DNA from: Clostridia bacterium
GTDB lineage: Bacteria > Bacillota > Clostridia > Oscillospirales > CAG-272
NCBI GenBank assembly: GCA_017623975.1
Contig: JAGANX010000060.1
Span: 56,711-120,710, forward strand
Direction: 5' to 3'
DNA length: 64,000 bases
In this document: positions 34,747 to 44,485 of the stretch, piece after piece
Layout of the letters: every line of letters begins with the position of its first letter
Numbering within the stretch: the stretch's first letter is position 1
The notes under the pieces: model-generated
Told to the model about the DNA's origin: nothing
Database searches by the model: none
Seen by the model: the letters and a program-made list of their open reading frames with translations, nothing else
Translations under genes and position numbers: made by a program

Positions 34747-34865
34747 GTCGATATGTCAACTTCGTTGGCTCGATATGCTTTCGCTACGCTCAAGCTCCAT
34801 ATATTGTCGCTACGCTCCAATGCGATATGAGATAAATACTTCGTTTGCGCAGCAAACATATCGAG
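34747..34865 (+). repeat. second arm of the repeat region: (C)GATATG motifs, TCGCTACGCTC x2, mini-hairpins
   Basis: CGATATG occurs at 34748, 34770 and 34822, with an inverted-like CATATTCGAG at 34856. TCGCTACGCTC occurs at 34779 and 34806. Hairpins are CAAC-ttc-GTTG and GTTTGC-gca-GCAAAC. Confidence 0.75.
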
Positions 34866-34926
34866 CCGTAGCCTTACGGGAATCGAACCCGTTTGGTTTG
34901 AAATGGAAAATAGCTTGCCTTTTGTG

Positions 34927-36132
34927 TTAATCTATTTTTGTGTAATGCTTTGCTAAGCCGCCCGAGGAGGTTTCCCGATAGTCACTTAGTAGATTTTTAC
35001 CTGTTTCGTACATAACCTTGATAACAAGGTCGAAGCTTATTTTACGGCTATCTGTCAAAAAGTTAGCTAAGGATAAGGCATTAATCGCACGCATAGCGGC
35101 TACTGCATTTCTTTCAATACAAGGAATTTGCACAAGCCCGCCAATAGGATCACAGGTTAGTCCTAAATGGTGCTCCATAGCCACCTCTGCCGCATATTCA
35201 ATTTGGTTAAGCCCCATTTCAAAAAGCTCAGCCAAGGCGGCAGCAGCCATACAGCAGGCAGAACCGATTTCCGCTTGGCAGCCGCATTCGGCACCGCTGA
35301 TGGAAGCGTTTGTTTTAATCAAGTTTCCAATAATACCGCCTGTTGCTAACGCACGCACTATTTGTTCATCGCTGAACCCATTTTTGTCCTGGTAATATTT
35401 TAAAACAGAGGGGACAACACCGCAAGCGCCACAGGTAGGCGCAGTTACAATTGTGCCGCCCGAAGCATTCTGCTCACTTACTGCAAAGGCATAGGAGCAA
35501 ACAAGACGGTTTTCCTTAGTTTGTGCGCTTTCGTCAATGTGGCGTTGGTTATAAAGTATTTGTCCGCGGCGCTGTGTACCTAAGCCGCCAGGCAAAATGC
35601 CCGTTGTTGTAAGCCCTTGGTTGATGGAGTTTTTCATAACCTCCCATACAGTGTGAAGATAATCAAAAATCTCCTTGCCCTCGCACTCTAAAACGAACTC
35701 CCAAATGCGTTTGTTGTTTTTTGCACAGTAATCTGCAATTTCAGTAAATGAGCTAAAAGAGTAGATATTGTTTTTTTCAAGCTCTTTCTCGCCATCAAAA
35801 ACAACACTGCCGCCTCCCACACTGTAAATGCGGTGCCTGCCAAGTAATTCACCCTTTTCGTAAGCTTCAATATCCATGGTATTGGGATGTACATCGCAGG
35901 GAGATTTTTTATCGAAGGCTATTTCGCACTTAACAGGTGCGAGAGTTTCCTTTATTATTCTGTCCGTTCCGTGACCTTGACCGGTTAGTGCAAGAGAGCC
36001 GAAAAGAGTAATTTTGAACAAATCGGCATTTTTGAACTCCTGTTTTACGCGATTAACTGCTTTTTCGGGTCCCATTGTGTGTGAGCTTGACGGACCGCGA
36101 CCTATTTTATATAATTCCTTTAATGATTGCAT
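34927..36132 (-). CDS. sdaA: L-serine ammonia-lyase, iron-sulfur dependent, single-chain
   Basis: 401 aa. N-terminus LKELYKIGRGPSSSHTMGP and Cys ligand context TAPTCGACG. RBS AAGGAG. Confidence 0.85.
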   Translation of the reverse strand: MQSLKELYKIGRGPSSSHTMGPEKAVNRVKQEFKNADLFKITLFGSLALTGQGHGTDRIIKETLAPVKCEIAFDKKSPCDVHPNTMDIEAYEKGELLGRHRIYSVGGGSVVFDGEKELEKNNIYSFSSFTEIADYCAKNNKRIWEFVLECEGKEIFDYLHTVWEVMKNSINQGLTTTGILPGGLGTQRRGQILYNQRHIDESAQTKENRLVCSYAFAVSEQNASGGTIVTAPTCGACGVVPSVLKYYQDKNGFSDEQIVRALATGGIIGNLIKTNASISGAECGCQAEIGSACCMAAAALAELFEMGLNQIEYAAEVAMEHHLGLTCDPIGGLVQIPCIERNAVAAMRAINALSLANFLTDSRKISFDLVIKVMYETGKNLLSDYRETSSGGLAKHYTKID

Positions 36133-36204
36133 AGTTACTCCTTTAATCAGTAGCCTAATTATATTTTACCATATTGCAGAAAAAAATCAAGTGGAATTTA
36201 ACCA

Positions 36205-38457
36205 TCAATTCGTGCCAATGCAGAACCTATTAATGTTGACCCTTTTATCATTTATTTTTTCGTAAAAGCTATCGCTTGCGTATTCTTCGCTGCTGCCAAA
36301 AAACACACAATAGTCAAGGTACGGAACATCATAATCAAATTCTATCTTATATTTTGCACCGTAAGCACCAAAAATAACAATGTCGGAAAGGTAAACGCTT
36401 TCGTCAACAAAACTATCACATAGCTCAAAGGCACCTGCGCCTAAGTATGTGAATTTAGAAGTTCCGCTTTCAATAGTAAAGGCTATTACTCTTTTTGATG
36501 TGCGTGGAAGATTTGTCGATTTAGCGAAGGTGACTCTTGTATTTTGCGTTTTAAATTCTGTTTTGAAAAATTCAACAGTAATGCTTTTTTGTTTTCCTAT
36601 TTCACAAATCTGAGAATATACACTTAATTCTTCATCCGTCATCGGCAGTGGAACGAATACGCGCTTTACAATAATATTGCTACTTAAATTGTCAAAGCAA
36701 ATGTGTGTGGTGGTAGAATAGTCTGTTATAACATAGTTGTCAATTTCACTGTAACCGAGCATAGCACTGATACCGTTTGCATAAGCATAGTCGGATTTTT
36801 TAGTGTTTGTAATATCGAAAACAGTTATTTCGTTCTCGTCCTCTATGAATACAATATCGTTTTCTAAAAAGCTGTATCCACCCACATACACATTATTATA
36901 TCTCTGCACAAACAGAAAAACCGTACCGCCAATAAAAATCAAAATGCCGCAAATGCAACCAAGCACCATACATTTAAGGTGTTTTTTAGCACAAATCAGC
37001 ACACCTAAAAGAAAAATTGAAATGACTAAAACACCTATAAGCTGTGCCGTATTTATAATTGGGATAATTAAATTTTCGATTTTTGAAAACTGCTCACCTA
37101 AAAATGTTGCAAGCCTTGTGACCTTTATACAAATAAAGCCTATCGCTGTGGAAGCATAGGGAACACTCGAAGCCATTAAAAACACGGGAGAGAGGTAAAT
37201 CAAAAGTGAGAAAAGAGGAGATACAACAATATTTGTAATAAGGGATAAAACAGTGAAGGAGCCAAAAAATATTGAAATAAGAGGCAAGGTGAAAACAGAG
37301 GCGAAGGCAGAGCTGATGAAGGTATAAATGATAAACTTAAACAGCTTGATTTTCGAATTTCGCAAAAAGCCTACCCTGTGGATGAATTTCGATGAAATTA
37401 TGCAGCCAAGCATGGCAAAAAAGGAAAGTAAAAGAGAAAGTGAGAAAATACTGTAAGGGCTAAAAATACAAATTAGCGTTACCGAATAGAATAGGGCGGA
37501 AATAAGATTGGCTCTGCTACCGAAGAAAAACAGAAAATAAACAAGGCACACCATAATTCCTGCACGCAGGGCAGATTCTGAAAATCCTGTAATTCCAACA
37601 AAAATAAAGGTTGATAAAATTAGCAAAAGCTCTTTAATTGTTCTTGGAAGCGGTAAGGGAGTTATGGCAAAGCCAAAAAGTGTAATTATAATAGTTATAT
37701 GCATACCGCTAAGGGCAAGGACATGGCTAAGACCGATTCTTGTAAAATCTCTTTTAATGCTGTCGCTTAAAAGAGATTTGTTTCCGAGGAACAGTGCTGA
37801 AAGCATAGAGTGAGTATCCTCATCGTTGATTTTGCTAAGCTGTGTATCAAGAAAGCTGTTTGCGCCATCAAGAAAATCCTTTACCGGAAATTTAACATAG
37901 CCCGTGATTTCGATATCGTATCCCTCAAATGCTATTGTAATGCCACCACTAAGTAAATAATCTGCCTCGTCAAATCCAATATCGGAGTGGCGGATCTTAC
38001 TAAAATACCCTTTTGCAGATATTGTGTCACCTCGTTGTAGGTTGCTTGAATATAGAGTAGCTTTAATTCTATCCTTAAAGGGCTCGCCGTCAATTTCATA
38101 AAGCTCAGCAGTATAAGCCCCAAAGTGATTTGATTGAAAATTCACCTGAGTAATCGTTGCATTTATACTGTGCTCTTTTTCGTCACAAAGCTTTTCAAGC
38201 TCGCTTTTGTCAAAGGAGGCTAACGAAATTACCATGGCTAACATAATGAAGAGCAAAGCAGGTGAGTAGTGACAAACCATATTTAGGCTTTTACTATTTC
38301 GCTTGGTAAGATAAATAATAAAAAGCAAAATTAAAACTACCCCTGAAAAACAAAGGGTAGTTATCCTAATAAGTGTAGTTGTGTAAAAGGATAAAAACAG
38401 AGCAATTAAAAAGGCACAGCAACCCAGAGCAAGATTTCTGTATTTGAAAAGCTCCAT
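36205..38457 (-). CDS. comEC: ComEC/Rec2 family DNA internalisation channel protein
   Basis: Competence-domain motif GLSHVLALSGMHITII with many TM helices. Start chosen at MELFKY (RBS GGAGGAG 7 nt upstream), which avoids the overlap with holA implied by the listed start at 38523. Confidence 0.8.
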   Translation of the reverse strand: MELFKYRNLALGCCAFLIALFLSFYTTTLIRITTLCFSGVVLILLFIIYLTKRNSKSLNMVCHYSPALLFIMLAMVISLASFDKSELEKLCDEKEHSINATITQVNFQSNHFGAYTAELYEIDGEPFKDRIKATLYSSNLQRGDTISAKGYFSKIRHSDIGFDEADYLLSGGITIAFEGYDIEITGYVKFPVKDFLDGANSFLDTQLSKINDEDTHSMLSALFLGNKSLLSDSIKRDFTRIGLSHVLALSGMHITIIITLFGFAITPLPLPRTIKELLLILSTFIFVGITGFSESALRAGIMVCLVYFLFFFGSRANLISALFYSVTLICIFSPYSIFSLSLLLSFFAMLGCIISSKFIHRVGFLRNSKIKLFKFIIYTFISSAFASVFTLPLISIFFGSFTVLSLITNIVVSPLFSLLIYLSPVFLMASSVPYASTAIGFICIKVTRLATFLGEQFSKIENLIIPIINTAQLIGVLVISIFLLGVLICAKKHLKCMVLGCICGILIFIGGTVFLFVQRYNNVYVGGYSFLENDIVFIEDENEITVFDITNTKKSDYAYANGISAMLGYSEIDNYVITDYSTTTHICFDNLSSNIIVKRVFVPLPMTDEELSVYSQICEIGKQKSITVEFFKTEFKTQNTRVTFAKSTNLPRTSKRVIAFTIESGTSKFTYLGAGAFELCDSFVDESVYLSDIVIFGAYGAKYKIEFDYDVPYLDYCVFFGSSEEYASDSFYEKINDKRVNINRFCIGTN

Positions 38458-38479
38458 TTCATTTCTCCTCCATTTTAAT

Positions 38480-39520
38480 TCATCTGCACAAAAGTGCACA
38501 AATTGCACTAACCAACCGTTCAACTGCTATATACGAGGTTACGTTTGATGAGGACTTTGATTTAATGTCTGCCTCCTTGCAAAGCTCTACCACACGGCTA
38601 AGCTTCTTTTCACCGATTCCCGCCATGCCCGATAAATATTTACCAACCTTAAACTCATGGATGTTAAGGGCACTTGCAATTTGACCCTTATTCATTCCGC
38701 CTGTGTACAGCCTTTGTACAAGGAGCATATCGGAATAAAGTCTAATTATAGAGCCAAGTATTGCCTGAGCAGGCTCATGGGCTGATTTTTGGCGGCGCAG
38801 CGTTTCAAATACCAAGCCCTTGTTTCTGTCAAGTAGGGCGTTTGTAAGCTGAAAATCATCAAACTCAATAGTTTTGCAGCAAATGTAATCTATATCCTTA
38901 GCCTCTATTTTTTCAAGGTTATTTTGCTTTGCATAAGCACAAAGCTTGTCTATTTCCTTTGAAAGAGCCCACATATCATGACCGCACATAGATACCAAAT
39001 ATTCACACAGGGTGGGGTCAAATTCAATTTTCCCACGGCTGAAATGCTTGGATATCCAGCCCTTCAACCTTGCGGGCGTTGGAAATTCAAACTGAACGGG
39101 AGTTACATATTTCGTCAGCATTTTATAAATTTCGCTTGGTCTGTTAGGTAGCCTGCCTGGGTCAAAATATTCATTATCCGCACGAATTAAAAGCACGGTA
39201 TGTCTATTTTCTCCTAAGGCTGCAAGGGTGTCTTCAAGAGCTGAAATATCGTCCTTTTTCATACTGTTAAAATCAACGCCGCGCACTTCAACAAGCTTTT
39301 TTTCTGCCATCATGGGCAAGGTAAAAATTGCACTTGAAAGGACGGAGGGTGAATACTCCTCCGCATAAATAACTATGTGGTTGAAATCGTCAAAGGTACC
39401 GTCCAAAATATTTTTTTGAACCTCCTTTGAGTAGGTGTACTTCAAATAATCCTCGCCGCCAAAAAACAAATATCCGCCGCAAAGATTTTTAAGCTCCTCT
39501 TTAAACTCTGTTTCCGTCAT
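38480..39520 (-). CDS. holA: DNA polymerase III subunit delta
   Basis: 346 aa. Size, N-terminal GGYLFFGGEDYL and the classic comEC-adjacent position fit. ATGA overlap with the upstream gene. Confidence 0.75.
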   Translation of the reverse strand: MTETEFKEELKNLCGGYLFFGGEDYLKYTYSKEVQKNILDGTFDDFNHIVIYAEEYSPSVLSSAIFTLPMMAEKKLVEVRGVDFNSMKKDDISALEDTLAALGENRHTVLLIRADNEYFDPGRLPNRPSEIYKMLTKYVTPVQFEFPTPARLKGWISKHFSRGKIEFDPTLCEYLVSMCGHDMWALSKEIDKLCAYAKQNNLEKIEAKDIDYICCKTIEFDDFQLTNALLDRNKGLVFETLRRQKSAHEPAQAILGSIIRLYSDMLLVQRLYTGGMNKGQIASALNIHEFKVGKYLSGMAGIGEKKLSRVVELCKEADIKSKSSSNVTSYIAVERLVSAICALLCR

Positions 39521-39999
39521 AGCTTTTCAATTTCCATTTTCATTACAGTTTTTTGGGCGCACGCACCCTTGATTTCAATTAAATAAGTAATTTCAAGATA
39601 TCCCTCTGTCAAAAGCCTGTTGTCAACATCCTTTGCATAAATACAAATTTCAAAGGGCATAATGCCTGTATTATAGACACAGATGTCCCTTTTTCCTTTT
39701 TCAAAGCGCATAAATGTATCAATAGCTCCCGTTCGGGAAATTGTTACCTGTTCGGGCTTGTTTGTGTCGAATTTTACCTCTGTGTAAACTCCGCCCATGC
39801 CCTCCGTTTCTTCCTCATAGGAAAGAATGTATAGGTCCCCAACTGAGTCGAGCTCTCCGCACAGGCTTGTTTCAATAGTATCATCCCCTTCAAATGCAGA
39901 AAAGGTTTCCTCTATCATAAGCTCATCTGCTGCACGGTCAAAAATACTTTTACCCTTATAGTCCTTTTGTGTTGTTATAGTCTTAATTTTATACTTCAT
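39517..39999 (-). CDS. DUF1934 (YwiB-like) beta-barrel protein
   Basis: 160 aa. Assigned by pattern recollection of the DUF1934 family (..YEEE..G....T.V.F......V.I.R.G). Confidence 0.5.
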   Translation of the reverse strand: MKYKIKTITTQKDYKGKSIFDRAADELMIEETFSAFEGDDTIETSLCGELDSVGDLYILSYEEETEGMGGVYTEVKFDTNKPEQVTISRTGAIDTFMRFEKGKRDICVYNTGIMPFEICIYAKDVDNRLLTEGYLEITYLIEIKGACAQKTVMKMEIEKL

Positions 40000-40008
40000 T
40001 TTTTCACC

Positions 40009-40857
40009 TTACTTAATAATATGCTCGGGCTTTTTAACGCTTACCTTAGCGCCGTCACCAACGCTTTCCGTAATAAAGGAGTTACCCCCTATAACTACGT
40101 CCTTACCAATAACGGTTTCTCCGCCGAGAATTGATGAGCCTGAATAAATAGTAGCACCGTCACAAACGGTTGGATGCCTTTTAACACCCGACAGGCTTTG
40201 ACCCTTGCGCGGAGAAAGTGCGCCCAAGGTAACGCCTTGATAGATTTTCACATGGTTACCGATAACCGTTGTTTCGCCTATTACAATACCTGTACCATGG
40301 TCAATGAAGAAATATTCGCCGATTGTTGCACCCGGGTTAATGTCTACACCTGTTTTACCGTGGGCATATTCACTCATTATTCTTGGAATAAAGGGAACAC
40401 GGCTAAGATACAAAAGGTGGGCAATACGGTAAACCAAGATTGCATAAAAGCCCGGGTATGAAAAAATAATTTCCTCAAAGCTGTTTGCCGCAGGGTCCCC
40501 CTCAAAGGTTGCATGCACGTCCTTTATAAGAAGCTTATGAACATTAGGAAGCTCATTAATAAACTCCTGTGTAATATTTTCAGCTCTTTCCTTTACATCC
40601 TTTTGTGAATTAAAGGATAAGGCAAGCTCAATCTGCTTTTTTAAACGGTAATATACAGAGCTTAAAAGCTGCTCGGCAAACTCCCTTGGCTCAGCGCAGT
40701 CAACCTTGCCAAAATAGGCAGGGAAAAACAAGGACTTTAAGTCCTCTAAAATAGAAATAATCTCTCCCTTATCAGGCAACTGATTGCAGGAAAGCATTGT
40801 AATATCAGATTCTTCATATGATTTTGCCATTTGGGCAGCGATTTTCTTAATATCCAT
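40009..40857 (-). CDS. cysE: serine O-acetyltransferase (long N-terminal form)
   Basis: Hexapeptide-repeat region DINPGATIGEYFFIDHGTGIVIGETTVIGNHVKIYQGVTLGA. Start chosen at MDIKK (G-rich RBS) rather than the listed start at 40872. Confidence 0.85.
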   Translation of the reverse strand: MDIKKIAAQMAKSYEESDITMLSCNQLPDKGEIISILEDLKSLFFPAYFGKVDCAEPREFAEQLLSSVYYRLKKQIELALSFNSQKDVKERAENITQEFINELPNVHKLLIKDVHATFEGDPAANSFEEIIFSYPGFYAILVYRIAHLLYLSRVPFIPRIMSEYAHGKTGVDINPGATIGEYFFIDHGTGIVIGETTVIGNHVKIYQGVTLGALSPRKGQSLSGVKRHPTVCDGATIYSGSSILGGETVIGKDVVIGGNSFITESVGDGAKVSVKKPEHIIK

Positions 40858-40970
40858 TTTTAGTACCCCCATAGTACATTATATGACAATAATATCATAA
40901 ACCGTTGCCTTTTTCAATGTTTTATGATATAATTTTATAAAATAACCTTAAAGGATACAGTATAAAGCGT

Positions 40971-41768
40971 ATGAAAATAGAATTTGAGGGTATGTCAAAC
41001 GCCCGTGATTTAGGCGGGTTAGTTGGCTACGGTGGAAAAAGAATAAAAACAGGCAGGGTCATAAGAAGCGATAATCTTTCCCCCGCTACCGAAAGCGACG
41101 CAAAAAAATTGCAGGAATATGGACTGAAACGAATTGTAGATTTTAGAACAGAGGATGAAATTATAAGCTCCCCTGACCGTGAAATTGGCGGAGCTGTGTG
41201 GATAAAAAACCCGATTTTAAAGTCATTAACCGCAGGAATCACAAGGGAAAAACCAAAGAAGCCTCTTTCATTAGCTGAGATACTTGTGAATTTTTCCTGT
41301 GAGCTTGGAAGGGGTGGGGTTAGCTGGCTTGCAAGCTTATATATCCCCTTGGTAAGTGACGAGTTTTGCTTAAACGGTTACAGAAAATTTCTTGACGAAT
41401 TAAAGGAAAATAAAGAGGGTGCTGTTTTGTACCACTGCTCAGCAGGAAAGGACAGGGTTGGGGTTGGCACGCTTATTTTCCTCTCTGCCTTGGGCGTTAG
41501 CCGTGAGGATATTATAAAGGACTATCTTTTGACTAACGAAAGCTATGCCGCAGTTATAAAGGAAGCTAAGCAGCTTGGCAAGGAAAAGGGGATAGAGCAG
41601 GAAATTATTGACACAATAGAGCCCCTTTCCGGTGTGGATATTTCTTACATAACCGCTGCCCTTGATACAATTGACAGTGTCCACGGCGGCATGGACAGCT
41701 TTTTAAAAAATCAGCTTGGCTTAGACGAAAACTATTTAAATGAGCTTAGAGAAAACTATCTTGAATAA
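40971..41768 (+). CDS. protein-tyrosine phosphatase (Y_phosphatase3 family)
   Basis: 265 aa with the CX5R active-site motif HCSAGKDRVG. Confidence 0.8.
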   Translation: MKIEFEGMSNARDLGGLVGYGGKRIKTGRVIRSDNLSPATESDAKKLQEYGLKRIVDFRTEDEIISSPDREIGGAVWIKNPILKSLTAGITREKPKKPLSLAEILVNFSCELGRGGVSWLASLYIPLVSDEFCLNGYRKFLDELKENKEGAVLYHCSAGKDRVGVGTLIFLSALGVSREDIIKDYLLTNESYAAVIKEAKQLGKEKGIEQEIIDTIEPLSGVDISYITAALDTIDSVHGGMDSFLKNQLGLDENYLNELRENYLE

Positions 41769-41800
41769 AAACAGGCAAATCCAATCGGATTTGCCTGTTT

Positions 41801-42991
41801 TTATTCTTCATCAATTATTTGCTTTGCTTCCTCTAAGGAAATTATGGAAATATCTTTAAGCTTTTTCTGCATTTGGCGGGTGCGTGTGCCTACTAACTTT
41901 TCAAGCTCATCACTTAATTGGTCTGCCCTTTGCTGCGCTCCGCTTAATACCTTTGCAAAGCTTTCAAATTCAGCTTTAACCGCTTCTAAAAGCTTAAATA
42001 CCTCATTGCTTCGCTTTTGAATTGCCAGGGAATTAAAGCCTGAGCGAAGGGCGTTAAGCAAGGCGGCAAGGGTTGACGGACCAACTATATTCACCTTAAA
42101 TTCACGCTGAAATTCTTCAAAAAGCCCACCCTCTATGGCTTCAACATACAGCCCTTCAATTGGTAAAAACATTATTGCAAAATCTGTTGTATCCGGTACA
42201 CTTATGTACTTCGTGGCTACATCCTTAGCATATGTCCTCAGCTTATTCCGCAGCTCCTTACGTGCCATATCAAGCTCGTCCTTGCTTCCTTTGTCAATGG
42301 CATCCTTGATTTTATAGTATATTTCAAGTGGAAACTTTGAGTCAACAGGGAGATAAACATACTCACCCTGTGCCCCTGCCGGCATTTTTATAGCAAACTC
42401 AACCACGTCACGAGAGCCTTTTTTGGTTGCAAAGTTTTCTTCGTATTGGTCGTTTGTTAAAATTTCACTGATTATGTTACCAAGAATAACCTCACCAACA
42501 ATGCCCTTTGTTTTTACGTTTGTAAGCACGTTTTTAAGCGAGCCCACATCTGCGGCGATATTTTTAATTTCACCAATTGCTTTATTTACATTGCCTATTT
42601 GGGAAACAACATTGTCAAATGAAGATTTAAGCCTTTCATCAAGTGTCTTTTGCAGCTTTTCATCAACCGCCCTTTGAATTTCGCCAAGCTTCTCCGTGTT
42701 TTCACGGCGAATTTCCGAAAGTGCCCTGCTAATACTTTTATCAATTTGGTCAAGCCTTTCCTTTGTTCCCTCTTTAAGCTCGCCTATTTTGTCGCCAACA
42801 GACCCGGAAAACAGCTTGTTTGTATTTTCAATACTGCTAAGGAGTAATGCTGCCATGGCATTTATGCTTTCATCCACCGCTTTTCTTATTTCCTCCTTAT
42901 CAACAGATGCGCTTGTTGCCTGCTTTCTAAACAACATAAAAAGTAAAATACCAATAATCAGTGCGCACAAAATTATAATTACAATTTCCAT
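41801..42991 (-). CDS. rmuC: DNA recombination protein RmuC
   Basis: 396 aa. N-terminal TM helix, a long coiled-coil region, and a C-terminal RmuC nuclease-like region (DFAIMFLPIEGLY). Confidence 0.8.
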   Translation of the reverse strand: MEIVIIILCALIIGILLFMLFRKQATSASVDKEEIRKAVDESINAMAALLLSSIENTNKLFSGSVGDKIGELKEGTKERLDQIDKSISRALSEIRRENTEKLGEIQRAVDEKLQKTLDERLKSSFDNVVSQIGNVNKAIGEIKNIAADVGSLKNVLTNVKTKGIVGEVILGNIISEILTNDQYEENFATKKGSRDVVEFAIKMPAGAQGEYVYLPVDSKFPLEIYYKIKDAIDKGSKDELDMARKELRNKLRTYAKDVATKYISVPDTTDFAIMFLPIEGLYVEAIEGGLFEEFQREFKVNIVGPSTLAALLNALRSGFNSLAIQKRSNEVFKLLEAVKAEFESFAKVLSGAQQRADQLSDELEKLVGTRTRQMQKKLKDISIISLEEAKQIIDEE

Positions 42992-43069
42992 ATTTTTTCT
43001 CCTTAACGGTTTTCTAATTTAATTCTAACATACACATGTAAAGAAATTCAACCAATATTAAAATTTTCT

Positions 43070-43098
43070 TTGAAATTCTATACAATGTGTGTTATACT
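43070..43098 (+). promoter_or_regulatory. sigma-A promoter for rbfA-nrnA-truB
   Basis: TTGAAA - 17 nt - TATACT with a TGt extended -10. Confidence 0.6.
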
Positions 43099-43149
43099 AT
43101 CTTATATACACTAATTGATGTTAGATTTTTAAGCATTCAAGGAGAAAAC

Positions 43150-43524
43150 ATGGCTAAATACAGAAGAGACAGAATAAATGATGCCGTTAAGCAAGAAATG
43201 GCACAAATTTTAAGAGATGTAAAGGACCCTCGAATTACAGGCAGCTTGGTTTCCATCACTGCCGCACAGGTTTCGCCCGACCTGAAATTTGCAAAGATTT
43301 TCTTTTCCGTTTTGGGAAATGATAAGGACGAGGTTTTAAAGGCACTTAAAAGTGCCGCAGGCTTTTTCCGTTCTGAGCTTGCAAGGCGTATCAATTTAAG
43401 AATAACACCTCAGCTTGCCTTTGAATACGATAGCTCAATGGAATACGGCGCTAACATTTCAAGCATATTAAAAACACTTGATATAAAGCCCTTAGAGGAA
43501 GACGAAGATGACGAACAGGCTTAA
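43150..43524 (+). CDS. rbfA: ribosome-binding factor A
   Basis: Start at MAKYRRDRINDAVKQEMAQIL after a GGAGAA RBS. The listed ORF is 63 nt longer at its 5' end. Confidence 0.9.
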   Translation: MAKYRRDRINDAVKQEMAQILRDVKDPRITGSLVSITAAQVSPDLKFAKIFFSVLGNDKDEVLKALKSAAGFFRSELARRINLRITPQLAFEYDSSMEYGANISSILKTLDIKPLEEDEDDEQA

Positions 43525-44482
43525 TTTTGAAGAAGCATTAGAAATAATAAAGCCCGCAAAAAGAACCTTGGTGCTATGCCACAAAAACCCGGACCCTGAC
43601 ACCCTTGGCAGTGCCTTTGGCTTAAAGCACATTCTTGAATATTTTGGCTCCTCCGTCAGTGTTGCCTGCTGTGATAAGCCATCACCAAAGTTCGCCTTTA
43701 TTACAAATGGCGAAAGCATGGAATATGTCGAAGGCTCTTATGAAAGAATCATAGCGGTTGACGTTGCCTCACCTATGCAGCTTGGTGAGCTTAGCTATTT
43801 AAGTGACAGGGTTGATTTAATAATCGACCACCACGGTATGAATACAAGGTTTGCCCCTTACTATGAGGACTTAGGTGCATCCTGCGCAGAGATAATTTTT
43901 TCCTTCTATAAGGAGCTTAATATTTCCCTGCCAAAGCACTTTTTCGTATGCATTTATGCAGGCATGAGTGGGGACACGGGCGGTTTTAGATACTCAAACG
44001 TAACGACAAGGTCTATGAAATACGGTGCAGAGGTAATTTCACAAGGAATTGACCACGCTGAAATAAACCGAATTATTTTCGAGTCTAAAACCTTGGGTGA
44101 AATCAAAGCGCAAAGGCTAACCCTTGATAAAATGGAGCTTCTTTGCGATGGCTCTTTGGCTGTCATTATGATAACTAACGAAATGAAAAAGGAAAACGGT
44201 ATTGGTGACGAGGATATTTCCGACATTGTAAACTGTATAAGAAGCATTGAGGGTGTGCTTGTAGCGGTTTCCATAAAGCAAAGCAGCAAGGACCCTCAAA
44301 AATTCGCAATTTCTTCGAGAGCCAACTGTGACATTGATGTTTCGCAGGTTTGTTCAGCCTTTGGTGGCGGCGGGCATATGCGTGCATCCGGTGCAACGGT
44401 GGTTTCAAGCGACCCTGTGTCTGCTTTTTCCACCTGTATCCCTCCTTTTGAAAAAGCGGTTAACGAATTTAAAGCGAGATAA
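43508..44482 (+). CDS. nrnA: DHH/DHHA1 phosphoesterase (NrnA-like oligoribonuclease/pAp phosphatase)
   Basis: Motifs HKNPDPDTLGSA, DHH (IIDHHG) and GGGHMRASG. Confidence 0.8.
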   Translation: MTNRLNFEEALEIIKPAKRTLVLCHKNPDPDTLGSAFGLKHILEYFGSSVSVACCDKPSPKFAFITNGESMEYVEGSYERIIAVDVASPMQLGELSYLSDRVDLIIDHHGMNTRFAPYYEDLGASCAEIIFSFYKELNISLPKHFFVCIYAGMSGDTGGFRYSNVTTRSMKYGAEVISQGIDHAEINRIIFESKTLGEIKAQRLTLDKMELLCDGSLAVIMITNEMKKENGIGDEDISDIVNCIRSIEGVLVAVSIKQSSKDPQKFAISSRANCDIDVSQVCSAFGGGGHMRASGATVVSSDPVSAFSTCIPPFEKAVNEFKAR

Positions 44483-44485
44483 AAA

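Noticed and set aside
34572-34835. 87-aa plus-strand ORF across the intergenic repeat region.
   Set aside because: It has no RBS. It reads straight through hairpins, a terminator-like stem and the repeat array, and its sequence merely reflects the DNA repeats.
34874-34900. tRNA-like T-arm on the minus strand (ACGGG-TTCGATT-CCCGT followed by AAGGCTA).
   Set aside because: No complementary 5' acceptor strand (TAGCCTT), D-arm or anticodon arm lies upstream, where the sequence runs into the sdaA stop. At most it is a tRNA 3' fragment or a chance hairpin. No integrase or direct-repeat partner was seen that would support an old att site.
38458-38523. Longer comEC start (listed ORF start 38523) overlapping holA by 44 nt.
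   Set aside because: The downstream ATG at 38457 has a GGAGGAG RBS and removes the overlap. The extra 22 residues are not hydrophobic or leader-like.
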